The translations under genes were made by a program, and so were the position numbers. Positions 49,928 through 63,388 of a stretch of DNA of 64,000 bases are shown piece after piece. How positions within the stretch are numbered: the stretch's first letter is position 1; the number at the start of each line of letters is the position of its first letter. Origin of the DNA: Anolis carolinensis (Eukaryota); assembly GCF_035594765.1 (NCBI RefSeq), contig NW_026943820.1, positions 18,608,647 to 18,672,646 on the forward strand, read 5' to 3'. The notes under the pieces were generated by a model. The model did no database searches and was not told where the DNA came from. It saw only the letters and a list, made by a program, of their open reading frames with translations.

Positions 49928-50027
49928 GTAAAAATCCAGCCAGTGGCCAGATATGATTGGGAGCAGAAATACTACTATGGGAATCTAATAGCTGTGTCAA
50001 ATGCCTACCTGGCATATGCCATTAGAG
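49928..50027 (+). CDS. EDC4: EDC4 exon 4 (VKIQPVARYDWEQKYYYGNLIAVSNAYLAYAIR)
   Basis: cttag/gtaagt; conserved. Confidence 0.95.
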
Positions 50028-50180
50028 GTAAGTCAGCTGTCCCACACTGCTTACCATGCAGCATAATGATTTTAGTTCATCTTTCTTCGCATTGTGTTTC
50101 CTTGTAATGGCCTTGTGTTGGGCTGAGGACATTGCTGTTCCTTCCCCGTGTTGACAAGCATTTTTCCTATTCCACAATAG

Positions 50181-50370
50181 GTGCCAGCAATGGCTCTGCC
50201 ATGGTGCGAGTCCTGAGTGTCAGCACAGCGGAGCGGACTTTGCTGAAGGGCTTTACTGGTGGTGTTGCAGACTTGGCTTTTGCTCACCTCAACTCCAATC
50301 AGCTGGCCTGTCTGGATGAAGCTGGCAACCTTTTTGTTTGGCGCCTGGCCATGGAAAATGGAAAAATTCA
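50181..50370 (+). CDS. EDC4: EDC4 exon 5 (WD40; ...LLKGFTGGVADLAFAHLNSNQLACLDEAGNLFVW...)
   Basis: aatag acceptor; ends at U12-like donor gtatcc. Confidence 0.93.
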
Positions 50371-51728
50371 GTATCCCAGTTAGGATTACACTTTGTGTGA
50401 AAGTGCTCTAGTGTTGGTAGATATGTGGGTCAGTCAAAGCAGCTGTCCAGTTAGCAAGCAGCAGCAGATTCTCGCGACTGGGAGTAGCTGGGGGAGCTTT
50501 GGAGGTCAGAGTTATATGTGCAGTGCAATTTGTCTTAGACCTCCTTAACTTAGGTATAGGAATGACACAGTTCCTTCGCTTGACTTATTGTCAGCTTCTG
50601 TACATGGGATGGGGAGAGTTGTCATCTTGCCATTGTCCTTAAGCAGTTGATTGTACTGTCCCTGCCCTGATCAGCTGATGCTATTTATAAGCAATAGCAC
50701 CCTACTCATTAAGCAACATAGTGATGTATTAGAGTTCTAGCTATTTCTGTCAGCTAAGATCAGAGTTAAGACATGTCATCTACACAGCAAGCAAGACTGA
50801 TTCACTGGTTGTCAAACTTTGATCCTCCAGATGATTTGCAGTGTTAAATCCCAGGAGCCCCAGGACAGCATGTTCAGGGACTCTGTTGAGCTGCGCTCCG
50901 TAATATCTGGGAAGCCAAAAGTTGAGCAGCAATGTTCTCAGAGAGTTGGTTCAGGCCTAACATTTTTGGCTTAATAAACCATGACCTGTTGAGCTGAGAA
51001 CAAGCAGTGAGCTGATAACCAAATTTGAGCATTGTCTAGGAATGCTTAAAACACATTTATCTGTTACATTTGAATTGGGAAAGTGTGCTTTATTTCCAGT
51101 TTACTCACCAGCATGTTTGCTCCCATGCTGTTTTAGTAAAATAGCATTAAACAGTATTGGCTTAGTTCAGATATAAAAGAAATTATGTTTTGAATAAACC
51201 GAAGTACTGTAGATGCACCAAATCCAGTGCATGGACAAGGAGAGGTGGAGCCTGTAAGACTGGTAGAAAGGAGACAGCAGTAGAAAGGAGACACCAGTTG
51301 CAATCCATGAGTGGTTGTAAATTTTGGATCTTTAAAAAATAATGGGTCAAGCTAGTGGAAATCTAGATATTTTGAATTTGTTTTATGTTCAGTGAGTTGG
51401 GAGCAGGAAAGTATTGGAAGTGAGGAATAGCAAGTGGGCTGCTTCTGATGGGTTTGGGAGGGCATGAGAATGTTAGTAGCATTTAAAGCTAGATTATCAT
51501 TAGAAGGAGTATTCCTCAAGGTCTTATGGTATATGAAGATTTGACAGAATTATAGGGTCACAATGCTACTTGCTGTGACTGTTTGGAAAACTTGATCCAG
51601 TTTGCTCTTGTCTGGATTAAGTGATGGGAAGTGTTTTAATAAAATTCCAAAATATCTGAAAGTTACATTTATTGGAGGTTTTATATATAAAAAAGAATTC
51701 TGTAGCTCTTCCTAAACATATTGCTCAG

Positions 51729-51876
51729 AGAAGAAATTTTAGTGAACATCAAACGACCCGATGGGACTCCTCTGAATAGCTTCAGGAGGATCATATGGTG
51801 TCCTTTCATCCCTGATGAGAATGAGGACGGCTGTGAAGAAGGCAGTCAAACTCTGGCTCTCTTGCATGAGGATCGG
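51729..51876 (+). CDS. EDC4: EDC4 exon 6 (EEILVNIKRPDGTPLNSFRRIIWCPFIP...LALLHEDR)
   Basis: ctcag/gtaagt; conserved. Confidence 0.93.
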
Positions 51877-52854
51877 GTAAGTGGCTCTAATCTCCCCAAA
51901 TCTCGAGAGGATATTGGGATACCAAGAAGAACAGTTCTGTGTAACACAAAGACTAAGTCAGGGCCCAGTATGCTTTAATTAAAGGCAAGGTTACTGTTAG
52001 AGCCGGCTCAAAACTGGTTAGATCTCAGTGGATTTTTTTCAACATGGCTTCAGTCATATTTAGATTCCTTTAAGGAGTATACATGAGGACCCATAGATTC
52101 ACCCAGCACTTTACATGACTGATATTGATTATTGTTGCAGCTAATACCTGCAGCTATTGCTGTTTTTTTAACTGATTTTAACCAGGGAGTTTTGTGAAGT
52201 TAGATATTTATGTTGGCTGTTATTGTTTTCTGTTATTGTTTCTGCAATTTTTGTATTTTGTGTGTTTGTACCTTTGAGTGTTTTGTAAGACAGCCCAAGT
52301 CAGATGGTGGTGGGGTATAAATTAAAAAAATTGTAATTATTAATATTAATATTGCAGGTTAAACTTATGTGGTCCGAGGAGTGAGTCTCGATCATTCGTT
52401 GACACTTATACATAGACTGCATATGTGCTTTGTAAAGACAATTGTGAGATTATATTAAGTTAGTTTGTTCTTTGCTCATCTGTGTTTCATCAGGACCTGG
52501 CAGAACTAGAAGGTTCTGAATTCCCTCATTCTTACATTTTTAATTTTAAAAAAATCACATTTTTATAACTCAAAATGCTGTTTCTTACCTAAGGTATACA
52601 GGAGGAAATGGGGAGGAGGCCTCCAGGGTGCTTTAGGGCCAGGAAAAGGACTATTTGCTTAGGAAATGCATCTCTATAATTTGCTATTTTGTTTATGACC
52701 ACATATGTATAGCAGAAAAAAGTAAGGATAATACGACTTCAAACAAACCCAGTGCTCTGTTTGCAATTATTGCAATGCAAGGCAATAACTGGGATGGAAC
52801 ACCCGATAGAACTGTAGCATGTGCTATGTGTCTATATTGCTCTCCATTCTGTAG

Positions 52855-52959
52855 GCAGAAGTCTGGGATCTTGATATAATCCGAGCCAACCATAACTCCT
52901 GGCCAGTGGAGGTGACTAACATCAAAGAAGGCTTCATTGTGGTGAAAGGTCACAGCACG
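52855..52959 (+). CDS. EDC4: EDC4 exon 7 (AEVWDLDIIR...GFIVVKGHST)
   Basis: gtag/gtaaga; conserved. Confidence 0.93.
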
Positions 52960-53796
52960 GTAAGAGTTGTGCTGCTTTTCTGGTATAAGGGCTGATATTC
53001 AGTATTGGCATATGTGTACTTTAATTCTTTAAACACATGACATCCGATGTTCTATTCATTTGGCTGCTGAAGGCAGTAGCAAGAGGTTGTGTGAACTGGT
53101 GTCTTACTTGAGAATTAACAATATATAATAAGCCAGAAATCCTGGCCCATTAAACTGCAGTATAGATTAACTATCTGCTGGTATACGTAGCCTGCTTGTT
53201 CTGTATTTGTGTATGCAGAAGAATAAGCCAAGGAAAGAGGGTGGATGGTTTTGAACTTTGAACTGGAATTCTGAACAAGGGTTCCCAAACGAGCAAGTTT
53301 TATGTCTCCCTTTCTTTCTAGGCTGAATTACTGTTCATTTGTGTTTGGATGTCATCCAAAGCTTGTTTGTTTATCATTCCACATCAAAGCAGGAAAAGAC
53401 AGTCTGTGTGTAGTAGTATGCAATATAAGTTCATTCACAGCGAATCTCTATGAAGACAGAATTCCTTTATTATTATGTGCAGACACAAGACTTTTGCTTT
53501 GACTTTGAACTTTAATATTCCCAAGAGCAGGTACCATAAGACACAAATCTCCATGACTAGACTAGCAGAGGGAAATATAGTTTCTGTCATTTTCATCTTG
53601 CACGTGCTGCAAAGTAATTTGCACCAATGTTTTTTATTGTTCTGATAATCATATGGATAGCAAGCTGGACTTTCCTGTGTCTCCTCATAGGGCTGGATAG
53701 TACAGGTTTATATCTTGGCTTAACTCTATTAATTGTACTGGGCATAAAATACAGCTTTTGAAAAATGGAAAGTCAGATAGTAGCACCCTGTAAATA

Positions 53797-54094
53797 CAGT
53801 AGAGTCTCACTTATCCAACATTCACTTATCCAACGCATTTTTGTAGTCAATGTTTTCAATATATCGTGATATTTTGGTGCTAAATTCGTAAATACAGTAA
53901 TTACTACATAGTATTACTGCATATTGAACTACTTTTTCTGTCAAATTTCTTGTTTAATGTGATGTTTTGGTGCTTAATTTGTAAAATCATAATTTGGTGT
54001 TTAATAGGCTTCTTAATCTCTTCTTGTTATCCAACATATTCGCTTATCCAACGTTCTGCCGGCCCGTTTACGTTGGATAAGTAAGACTCTACTG
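53797..54094. mobile_element. Tc1/pogo MITE
   Basis: TIRs and TA flanks. Confidence 0.9.
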
Positions 54095-54525
54095 TACAAG
54101 CATGGCGATACTCAAAGTTATTGGTACAGAATGAAGTTACCCACTTTATTGGTGCAAATGTACTTCAATTATGGACATCAAAATCAGGGTTATTGATGGC
54201 AGCGATGTATCAGATGACACCAAAATGAATCTGGAATAGGAAAAGGGCTGATGCATTCCCCACCCCCATCTCACCTCCCCTCAGTTTCTGGTTTTATTTT
54301 CAGTTTTAACATTTGGATATCCTTTGAGATGCATTAGCAATTAGTATCACTACTAAAGTAAAGCCAGACTACTAATCTGTGAGAGAAATTGTATAATTAA
54401 ACCAGTATGTTTAAGCTTTGCATCGAATATCAATTCTTTCATTGTATTCTCTATTGCCTCCAGTGAAGTTGCATTTCTAGGTTAAAGGTTTAAAAAAAAA
54501 ACTATTTTTTATCGTTTCTGTTCAG

Positions 54526-54635
54526 CGCCTCAGTGAAGGAGCCCTTTCCCCTGATGGCACTGTCTTAGCCACAGCAAGCCATGATGGCTTTGTTAAGTTC
54601 TGGCAGATTTACATCGAAGGACAGGATGAGCCAAG
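54526..54635 (+). CDS. EDC4: EDC4 exon 8 (RLSEGALSPDGTVLATASHDGFVKFWQIYIEGQDEP)
   Basis: WD40 repeat; ttcag/gtaatt. Confidence 0.95.
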
Positions 54636-54860
54636 GTAATTTCAGAAGCAGAGAATGGGCACCTGGTTGGTATGGCCCTGATTTTCCTTGGGTTACAGGG
54701 AAACTCTACAATAATTTATTTGGTTTTAAATGCTGTTTATGTTTTATTTTATAGATGGTTTTATGTGGTACATATATTGATTTTTGGATTCGTATAGTTT
54801 TTAATATGTTGTAAGTCGCTTGGGGTGCCTTTGTGGGAGAAAGACAGAATACAAATAAAG

Positions 54861-54920
<60 letters not shown>

Positions 54921-54990
54921 GCAGGAGGCTTTCAGCACTGCAGCTAAGGAGGAGCAGTCTTGTCAAATTGTCTTTTTGTTCCTTGCTTAG

Positions 54991-55074
54991 GTGTCTCCAT
55001 GAATGGAAACCCCATGATGGCAAGCCCCTGTCTTGCTTGCTGTTCTGTGACAACCATAAAAAACAGGACCCAGA
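54991..55074 (+). CDS. EDC4: EDC4 exon 9 (CLHEWKPHDGKPLSCLLFCDNHKKQDP)
   Basis: cttag/gtaaga; conserved. Confidence 0.95.
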
Positions 55075-55487
55075 GTAAGAAGTGATCCTGGCTTTTTCCC
55101 CCATTTTCAGCAACTATTGAAACTGGCCTGCTTGGGAAAGTAGCTGCATGCATCTTGCATTTTGTCCTGGTGGTGGAGTGTTTGTGTCATTGTTTGTAGC
55201 GAAAGAACAGAATGTTGAAATGTGGGTTTTGCAGTGGTGATGCCCACTCTGTAGCCTTAAATATCCACAGTTGCTCTGTTTGGCCTTCAAGTGGATGCTT
55301 GCCAGAGAAGACCCTTTCTATTTACAGTCAACATTGGATGATATCTTTCTGTATTTCCAGTCTCCTGCTCTGCATTTAGCTTCAGTTCTGGATTAACATT
55401 GCTGATTTTGCAACAGAGATGGGGAACTTCTATGTGGCAGGTTATATTCCCTGAAGATTAGTCTTTTCAGCGGGCTGAAACCTGTAA

Positions 55488-55730
55488 TCATAGAATCGTA
55501 GAGTTGTAAGAGACCTGCCAGTCAACCCTTTTCTGCCATTGAAGGAAAAGCTTAATTAAAGAACCCCTGAAAGATGGCAATACAGCGTCTGCTTAAAAGG
55601 CTCCAAAGAAGGCGCTTCCACCATACTCCAAGGCATAGAGTTCCACTGTTGAACAGCTATTGTGGACAGGAACATCTACCTAATGTTCAGGTGGAATCTC
55701 CTTTCCTGTAATTTGAACCCATTGCCCAAT
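55488..55730 (-). mobile_element. CR1 3' fragment
   Basis: atcatagaatc tail plus agagttccactgttgaacagct...caggtggaatctc; another copy at ~26470-26722 (+). Confidence 0.8.
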
Positions 55731-55974
55731 TGGTTTTGCTAGTTCCTTCCTCTAAAATATAGCTTACTGAACCTGGTATTCTTTCGTAATCGCCCATCTA
55801 AGTACTATATTTTTCATCTTGCTTAGATTTCAATATCAGATGGGATCTGGTGGCCTTGAAATATTTGTCACAAAATTTATGTTAGAATTCTGAGAAAAAG
55901 GCAGAGTTGAAATTAACACAATTGCCCTTTGCAATCTCCCTCATATTTTCCCATGCACCCATTCATTTCTACAG

Positions 55975-56070
55975 AGTTCCATTTTGGAGGTTTCTCGTCA
56001 CAGGAGCAGACCAGAACCGAGAGCTGAAAATGTGGTGTACCGTGTCATGGACTTGTTTGCAGACTGTCCG
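55975..56070 (+). CDS. EDC4: EDC4 exon 10 (VPFWRFLVTGADQNRELKMWCTVSWTCLQTV)
   Basis: tacag/gtgagt; conserved. Confidence 0.95.
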
Positions 56071-56868
56071 GTGAGTATTGTCATGATCATCAAGCTATGT
56101 ATTATAGGTGCCATTACTTTGGGGGTGGGCTTCAGTAGGCAAGGCCTTTGTTGCTATCTCTTTCTCCAGTGACCTTTCCCCCTTTTATGCTCAGTATTAG
56201 CATTGATCAGAATGAATTTCTATCTGTGCAAGTTCTGTTGATATTGCCCAACTTAGCTGCTCCTTTTAAAATGTGAAGCTACTCTGAGTGGCTTTAGTAC
56301 ATCTAAAAATATGCTCCTGGATGTGTAGAATCTTTCCCTAGCTTTTTTAGCCCTACTTTATATAAGAGCTAATATAGTGTAATTGCTAAAGCTAAAGGAA
56401 ATCTTCAGTTCAAACCACAGCTTGGCCACAAATGTATAAAACCAGTAAAGAAGAGCACGTATTTTATCTCCTCCTTGTTGATATAGTGATATCCAAGGTG
56501 TGTTTCAAATGTGACACTGCTGGTTGTTGATTTGGAAGCAGTTTGAATGTTAAAGAAATGCTGTTTCAATGATTAGTTAAATGATTTATTTTCAGCTGTA
56601 TAGGAATATACATTTCATAATAAATGTTGAGACAGAAGCAGGAAATTCTAGAATTACTTGAATGTTTTCAGGCTCTATTCAGTCTTGGAATGAAAGCTTG
56701 GATTTTAAGAGAAGCAATAGGAGGCAATTTTCATCTCTTTTAGACATTTATCAAAATTCTGAAAAAGGCACATATGTGGAAATTTTGACAGTTGGCACAG
56801 TTGCTTCAATGGAAAGCGATTGCAAACAACAGCCCAGAAATAATGTGTGCATGTTGTGTCAATTTCAG

Positions 56869-56971
56869 ATTTTCGCCAGATATATTCAGCTCTATGAGTG
56901 TCCTACCTAGCCTGAAGGCTTGCCTGGATCTTTCTGCTGAGTATTTGATTTTGAGTGATGTGCAGCGAAAG
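56869..56971 (+). CDS. EDC4: EDC4 exon 11 (FSPDIFSS...LDLSAEYLILSDVQRK)
   Basis: ttcag/gtaagc; conserved. Confidence 0.95.
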
Positions 56972-57293
56972 GTAAGCATTAACATCTGTTCACTTACTTG
57001 GAGAATGCCTGAGTCTGGTAACAGCTTCTTGATTAATGTAAATACTTTCATTATTTTTACATTTTATATTTTAAGAGGCAACATTTGCTCATAGTATAAA
57101 CTTTTCAAAAGTCCTCTTTTTGAAAATAGGAATAGATAGCCATCCAGAATTGATCTAGATCTGTTGGATATCTGAACTGCTGGTTTAGGGGCAGTTGTGT
57201 GTGTGTGTAAAGCTGGAGGTGTGTGTGTGTGTGTTTGTGTACTATTTGCAGCTTATATTTCCACAAGATGCCTTCATGATGCCTTCCTCCTAG

Positions 57294-57474
57294 GTCTTGT
57301 ATGTGATGGAACTTGTCCAGAACCAAGAGGAGGGCAAAGCATTTTTCAGCTCCATCTCAGAGTTCCTGTTGACTCATCCAGTCTTAAGCTTTGGTATCCA
57401 GGTGGTCAGTCGCTGCCGGCTGAGACACACAGAAGTCCTGCCAGCAGAAGAGGAGAGCGATGGCCTGAGTTCAG
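57294..57474 (+). CDS. EDC4: EDC4 exon 12 (VLYVMELVQNQEEG...RLRHTEVLPAEEE)
   Basis: cctag/gtgagg; conserved. Confidence 0.95.
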
Positions 57475-59008
57475 GTGAGGGGCAGGGAAGCTCCCATTTC
57501 GAAGTTGGGGAAGGACAAGAATGTAAAGGAGGGTAGAGCACATAGAGTTGCTGTGAGTTTTCCGTGCTGTATGTCCATGTTCCAGAAGCATTCTCTCCAG
57601 ACATTTCACCCACATCTATGGCAGGCATCCTCAGAGGTTGTGAGGTCTGTTGGAAACTAGGCAAGTGTTGTTTATATATCTGTGGAATGTCCAGGGTGGG
57701 AGAAAGAACTCTTGTCTGTTTGAGGCAAATGTGAATGTTACAATAGGCCACCTTGATTAGCATTGATGGGCCTTGCAGTTTTCAAGCCTGGCTGATTCCT
57801 GCCTGAGGGAATCCTTTGTTGGGAGGTGTTAGCTGGTCCTGATTGTTTCATATCTGGATTTCCCCCGTTTTCAGAGTGTTGTTCTTTATTTTTTAATACT
57901 GCACATACTTTTTATATAGAAGGACGCCGACTTAGTTTCTGGCATAAAATCCTTCTGCTTTATAGAGTTGCTGCCAGTCGGTATCAGCCATACTGAGCTT
58001 GATGGACCACTACTTTTAGCATGTTGTTGTTCATATTCTATTATTAGTGTAAATACCTGGCCTTATCTGAGTATACCTTTTTTCTTCCACTCAGAGGCGT
58101 CGCTTTGCCTCTCCCATGGCCCTGCCCAAGACACGGAAGCCAGGTCAGAGGGGCCACTTCCCACTCACTTCCATCTTTGCCTGGCCCTCTGAGAAGTCCT
58201 CCATTAGAAAAGTTTCCATGGCAAGAGAGGCTCTCTGAGAGGGACTCCCTGCTGATGCTTTAACCTTCTTCCATTGATCACTCTTTCTTTGAGCACTGCA
58301 GCGTGAGTGTCATCAGCTGCCAGTTTGGGTCATGTTAAAAATAAGGCAACAAACAAAAGGCATAGGTTTTTTTCCCATTTAAAACCTGCCAATATTTTAA
58401 ATTATCCATGTACTAAGTTTGGTCAAGATCCATTAAACCATGTAGGAAATTTTGCACTTCAAATAATACATACATATATTATTTCTTGGCCTTAGCCATT
58501 GCAAAATACACTCAACACATTCTCTGTTCAGAGCTCTTAACATTCTTGATGCGTTGTGATATCCATTTTGCTACACCTGCCATAGATCTTGATGTTTCTG
58601 CTCTAAGCAGAACTACATTAATGTTGGATTTAACTCATAGTCTCTTTCCAAATACTGCAGTGGTTTGCCTTCCATTGTTTGATAAGGTAAATAGGCTTGT
58701 AGGACAAATATTTTGGACATGTTTTGCAGAATGTGCAGCTCTGTCATACCTGTCATGGGAGAACAACTAGGTTTTATTACTAAAGCACTTGTGGGAAATT
58801 TAGCAAAAAAAAAGTTGAATTCCTTTAAATATTACCCTGATTGCACTTACTGTGGTTGTATGTAAAAGATCCCATTTGATTTTAAGGCATTATAATTGTT
58901 TGGAAAGTCGAGGTCCTGTTATCATCTGCAGTCTTGGCTGGTTCATGCTCTGCTGCTGACAGCAAGCTAAGTGAGGAATCGAATTACATTTCTACTTATC
59001 TTTTCCAG

Positions 59009-59081
59009 AAGGCACGCAGGGTACAGGAGCAGTGGAATCAGCTGCAGGAGTGCTTATCAAACTCTTCTGTGTCCATACTAA
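59009..59081 (+). CDS. EDC4: EDC4 exon 13 (GTQGTGAVESAAGVLIKLFCVHT)
   Basis: ttccag/gtgagt; NAGNAG (CAGAAG) acceptor allows an alternative start at 59012. Confidence 0.92.
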
Positions 59082-60064
59082 GTGAGTGTTTTGATACCAG
59101 TTTCTGATTTCTTCGTTGACTTCAGGCAAGGAGACCCTGTCTGTGCATCTTCTTTGGTTTTTGACAGCCAGCAGAAAGGACATCTGCCTTTCAGCTTCTC
59201 TGATTTTTCCTCTGCGTTCCCTTCAGTATAGGATGTAAAGATGGCTTCCCCTAAAATAGAACAGGTCTGGCTTTGTATGTGTGGAATGTATACCATAAGT
59301 TTTGGGATATTATTTCCAAATGCAAACCACTGAATTGCATAGGATGTCAAATGAATACATCCATGGAAATACTCTGGAGTCATATCTAGTTCAGGAAAAA
59401 TAAAAGCAAATTCTTCACATTTTCAGTTAGATTAGTATTTTTAATTTATTTGTCTCCCTTTCTCTCTGAAACCTTTATTACTGATATTCTTCCAAACAGA
59501 AAATTTGAGCTTGTTCCATTTCTATCAATCCTTATCTGTTCCGTTTCAACTCTTTAGATAATTATCTTGGAACACAGTTGAGTTTGTATTTGACAATATT
59601 ATGCATAAAATATTATGGAGATATCTAATTTTCTGGATTTGAAAACCAGGTATCTCCATCAATTTAGTTTTCTCTTGTCAGATTCTTCATTTTAGTTTAT
59701 TAATTTTTAAACCTACAACCTCATTATATTCTTCCAGCATCCTTAATAAGGGCCTCATACTTTCATTCCAACACTATCATTAAATTATGTGCAAAAGCTC
59801 TTGAATACACAAAAGTTATTTTATAATAAAATTCATTTGAGATCTAGAACCTCTGACTGTGGTCAGTGGGCTAGATGTAAGCTTTCCTTTCCACACTGCC
59901 TTATGAGGCAGTGCTGTGTACTATAAATATTCTGTGAAGCAGATGTCCTAGAAATATTTGTCCTGGCATGAAACAGCATCACAAATTTAGCAAAATATTG
60001 ATGGGAACTTTAGCAGATTCAGGAGAAGTTTGTAAACTGAAAATATATGCCTGATTTTTGACAG

Positions 60065-60156
60065 AGCCCTTCAGGATGTACAGATCAGGTTCCAGCCTCT
60101 TCACAGTCCAGACACAGCTGCTCCAATGCCTTCCCATGGCTCCCACGAAGATTTTG
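60065..60156 (+). CDS. EDC4: EDC4 exon 14 (ALQDVQIRFQP...HEDF)
   Basis: gacag/gtgagt; conserved. Confidence 0.92.
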
Positions 60157-61229
60157 GTGAGTATTTTTCTTTCAGTCACTGATTTCTGGGTAGACCCTTG
60201 TACGTGAGCCTGAACTTGTTGTCTGAACTTATACTTACAAGAAATTCTGCAACTGGAAAGCTGGTCAATTTTGTATCCATTTTTGTTTGCTTGACTACAA
60301 GCTTTGAGTTTGAGAGTTCATGTTTCTAACCATATACTGGGGAAGACATGTTCAGAAATTGAAGAAGTGCTTTAGCCTAAGGGAAGATTGTATGTTGTGA
60401 TATCATGTAAGAGCATTCTGCTTTTCAAATCTTCCTTCTGGATAGATAACTTGTGAGAGTCCCCAATACTGCATTTCTCCACATCAACCTCCTCCTGCTT
60501 GGTGCCCTCCAGATGTCACGGGCTATAATTCATATGATGCATGGCCAGTGGCTTCATTGGCTAGCATTGATGGGACTATATATAAAAGCATGTGAAGTTG
60601 AGCAGGTTGAGCAAGGCTGCAATACCAACTTAGCCAGAAGTGTGTGTAGGCCTCATGGGATTCACTATGGCTTTCCTCTTGAAGGGACATATGAAGAGTT
60701 GTACTTTGAAGTTTTCATTTTAAAAGTGTCAGTCACTGAAATCTAGAGAACTTGTTCTTTATGTTAATTTATCTTTTTTGTTGGCAGTGTTAGCTTCAGG
60801 ATCAGAGGGAAATCTTATGACTCCCCCATATTTCCCTTGCTGTCTTGCTTAGTAGAGTATAATGACAAATGTTCTCAACATTGGGGGTATAGTTAGTACT
60901 GCCTTTGATGGCTTCTAGAACACAGGCCTTGTGGCTTTTGTTCTTCAGGATTTTGTTGCCAAATGATCTCCAGCATTGCCAATTGAGATGATCATGTAGC
61001 AGTGTACGTTTTATTGATTAGCTTATCGGCCATATCAAAACATTTGACAAACACATTTAGCACATACAACCCACATTACAATCAAAGTTTTAAAAAGCTG
61101 TTAACAACAGGGGGTCAAGATCCTGAACCAGATCAAATATCTACATCACCCCTCCAATTTACACCAATTGACTCCAGATATGCTGTTCTCAGCTGAGTTG
61201 CTTTAAATATTAAAAGGACCATTTTGTAT

Positions 61230-61620
61230 GTTATTTTAACATTCTGGTCAGCCAATGAAATGTAGTTTTAATATAATGATCCTAGTGTGTCTTTTGTATA
61301 ATGTATGACCTGAGGGATTGGTTTCTCTCTTTCTTATGCAAGTTACAACTAAACAGTACAAGTGTGATATCTTCCACCTCTGCCACTCCACAGATACAAA
61401 ATTGTTCATTATATGGAACTTGATTAAACCTTACATGTTTGAAAATTGCATCCAGCTGTTCAAAACTAATTCTGGTAAATACCCTCCTGAGGTGTTTAGA
61501 CATTTCTGTCTATAGATATTGAGCTGTTTGAAAAGTATGTTTAAAATGACTCAGCCATTTCAATGAGCCAGCTTTCTGAGCTTCTATATCTAATATTTGT
61601 TGTGCAACAATATTTGGATC
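61230..61620 (-). mobile_element. Old LINE C-terminal fragment
   Basis: Minus peptide FCICGVAEVEDITLVLFSCNLHKKER resembles a degenerate LINE zinc knuckle. Confidence 0.5.
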
Positions 61621-62018
61621 TAGTTCTTCTAGGAGATTTGGATTTAGGGTTGGAAGTCCACAACTCCTAATGTGTTTTGTCAGTTGAGCTAGCCAAGAGG
61701 TCTGATGTTGATTTTTTTTTTGTCTGCTCTAATCATGCAGCAGTGGTGGGAAAGGCTTTATTCCGCCCGAGACCTTAGGTTGCCACTGCATCATTACTGG
61801 ATTGAGCAAGGGGTGACCTAGCATAAGACATCTTCCTACATTCAATATGCCATTTACTTAACCCTGACTTCAGCTACTGAGTATCCAGTAGCAGCCAGGG
61901 GGTGTATTTAATATGATTTTAGTTACATGCTAGCAGAACAGTGTGATTGTAAATAACTCCGATTTCTCTCCTTGCCCTTGGTTTGAATTGCTCTTGACCT
62001 GTATGGTGTGTTTTGAAG

Positions 62019-62215
62019 CATTCCCAGACCACCTCACTGACCTGGGTGCAGAAGGCCTGGGGTCAGAGAGAGGATCCGTGCATGGCTCACAGCCGGATTT
62101 ACATCGCATTTCTGAGTTATCTGTGCCTGTGGACTTCCTCTCCCCGTCCAGCGATACCAAACCAAAGCTCATGACTCCAGATGCATTCATGACTCCCAGT
62201 ACATCTCTGCAGCAG
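62019..62215 (+). CDS. EDC4: EDC4 exon 15 (...HGSQPDLHRI...KPKLMTPDAFMTPSTSLQQ)
   Basis: Acceptor ttttgaag (an in-phase alternative, ttcccag, gives start 62028); donor CAG|gtatct. Confidence 0.88.
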
Positions 62216-63299
62216 GTATCTGTCTTGGTCTGGCAGGATCAGAGGGGAAATTGTGTCTTCCTGCATACTTTTCTTGCTGCTTTCATTAGGAGGGACCGTG
62301 ACCGTTTGCATATTTTCTTTGCTTATCAGGGGATTTTAACATTGTCTTTACCTAATCAGTGTGCAGACAGAATTCCAACTTCAAGGGTTTGTACTTGATT
62401 CGGTAAAGGCTTTAAGGGACTTGGCAGTTGGTCTGAGAAAAATAGTGATTTCAGATATTTTGGAGAAGGATATTGATCCAGCTTCTCTAGTAGTTTCCAA
62501 GTGCAAATACAGAAAAAAATATATGTGCTTACAGTAAAGCAGAGCTTGAATGGAAATTTGAATAGCATTTACCCAGAAAAAAATATTCTGAATAAACATT
62601 TGTTATTGTTTGTCTAAACATAAAACCTCAAGGTCATAACATAATTTTTTCCAAGATTGTACTGGTGTGGTTAGACTTGTGATTTTCTAGAACAGATGGC
62701 TATGAATGTATCTAAACAGGACTGGTATCATAATTTTAGATTTATTATTTTTATTTATGCTGCCCAAATTTCTTTTGGCACCTCACAAAATAAATATTAA
62801 CAACCATATAATGAAACAGTTAAATCTTAAATTTCAGGAGCTACAAGGTAAATTCAACAGCAGAAGAGCAACATGCAGAAACCTAAGAAACACAAGCACA
62901 TTTTTGAAACTGAAAAAAAACCCAGGAGAATGGTTCCAAAAAAAATTATATCGTAATCACAATGCTGGTTTTCTTAAAATTCTCTCTTGAGTTCATAGAT
63001 AAAAGAATTTGGGAGAGAAAGGTTGACTCCCCATTGAGCTCAATGGTGAGGAGCTCTGGCCATTGAAGCGCACTGATCTTTGCAGGACTGCACAATTCCC
63101 AAGTGGAAATAGAAATAAGAATGTAGATTATGAACACTGAAGATTATTTTGGGAAGCACACAAGTCTTTAATTATTCTAATAGTGGTTGCAATCATGTAT
63201 GTAATGCCATCATAAAGGGTAATGGTAGTTTTTATGGTGGATAAAAGTATGTTTACCTCAATAAAATGACAGCTAACCCTAATGCATTCCTTGCACCAG

Positions 63300-63388
63300 A
63301 TCACAATGTCGCCTGGAAGCAGCATTAGTTCCCTCACAGCTGTCACTTCCATGAGCAGTTCTTCAGTCAGTGATCCTCCAGTTCCTAG
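63300..63388 (+). CDS. EDC4: EDC4 exon 16 (ITMSPGSSISSLTAVTSMSSSSVSDPPVP); gene continues beyond the window
   Basis: accag/gtgagt; Ser-rich linker. Confidence 0.88.

Noticed and set aside
62216-62223. Donor gtatctgt as a second U12 intron in EDC4
   Set aside because: Preceded by CAG, lacks the CC of GTATCC, and the 3' end looks U2-like (ctaac branch, pyrimidine tract).
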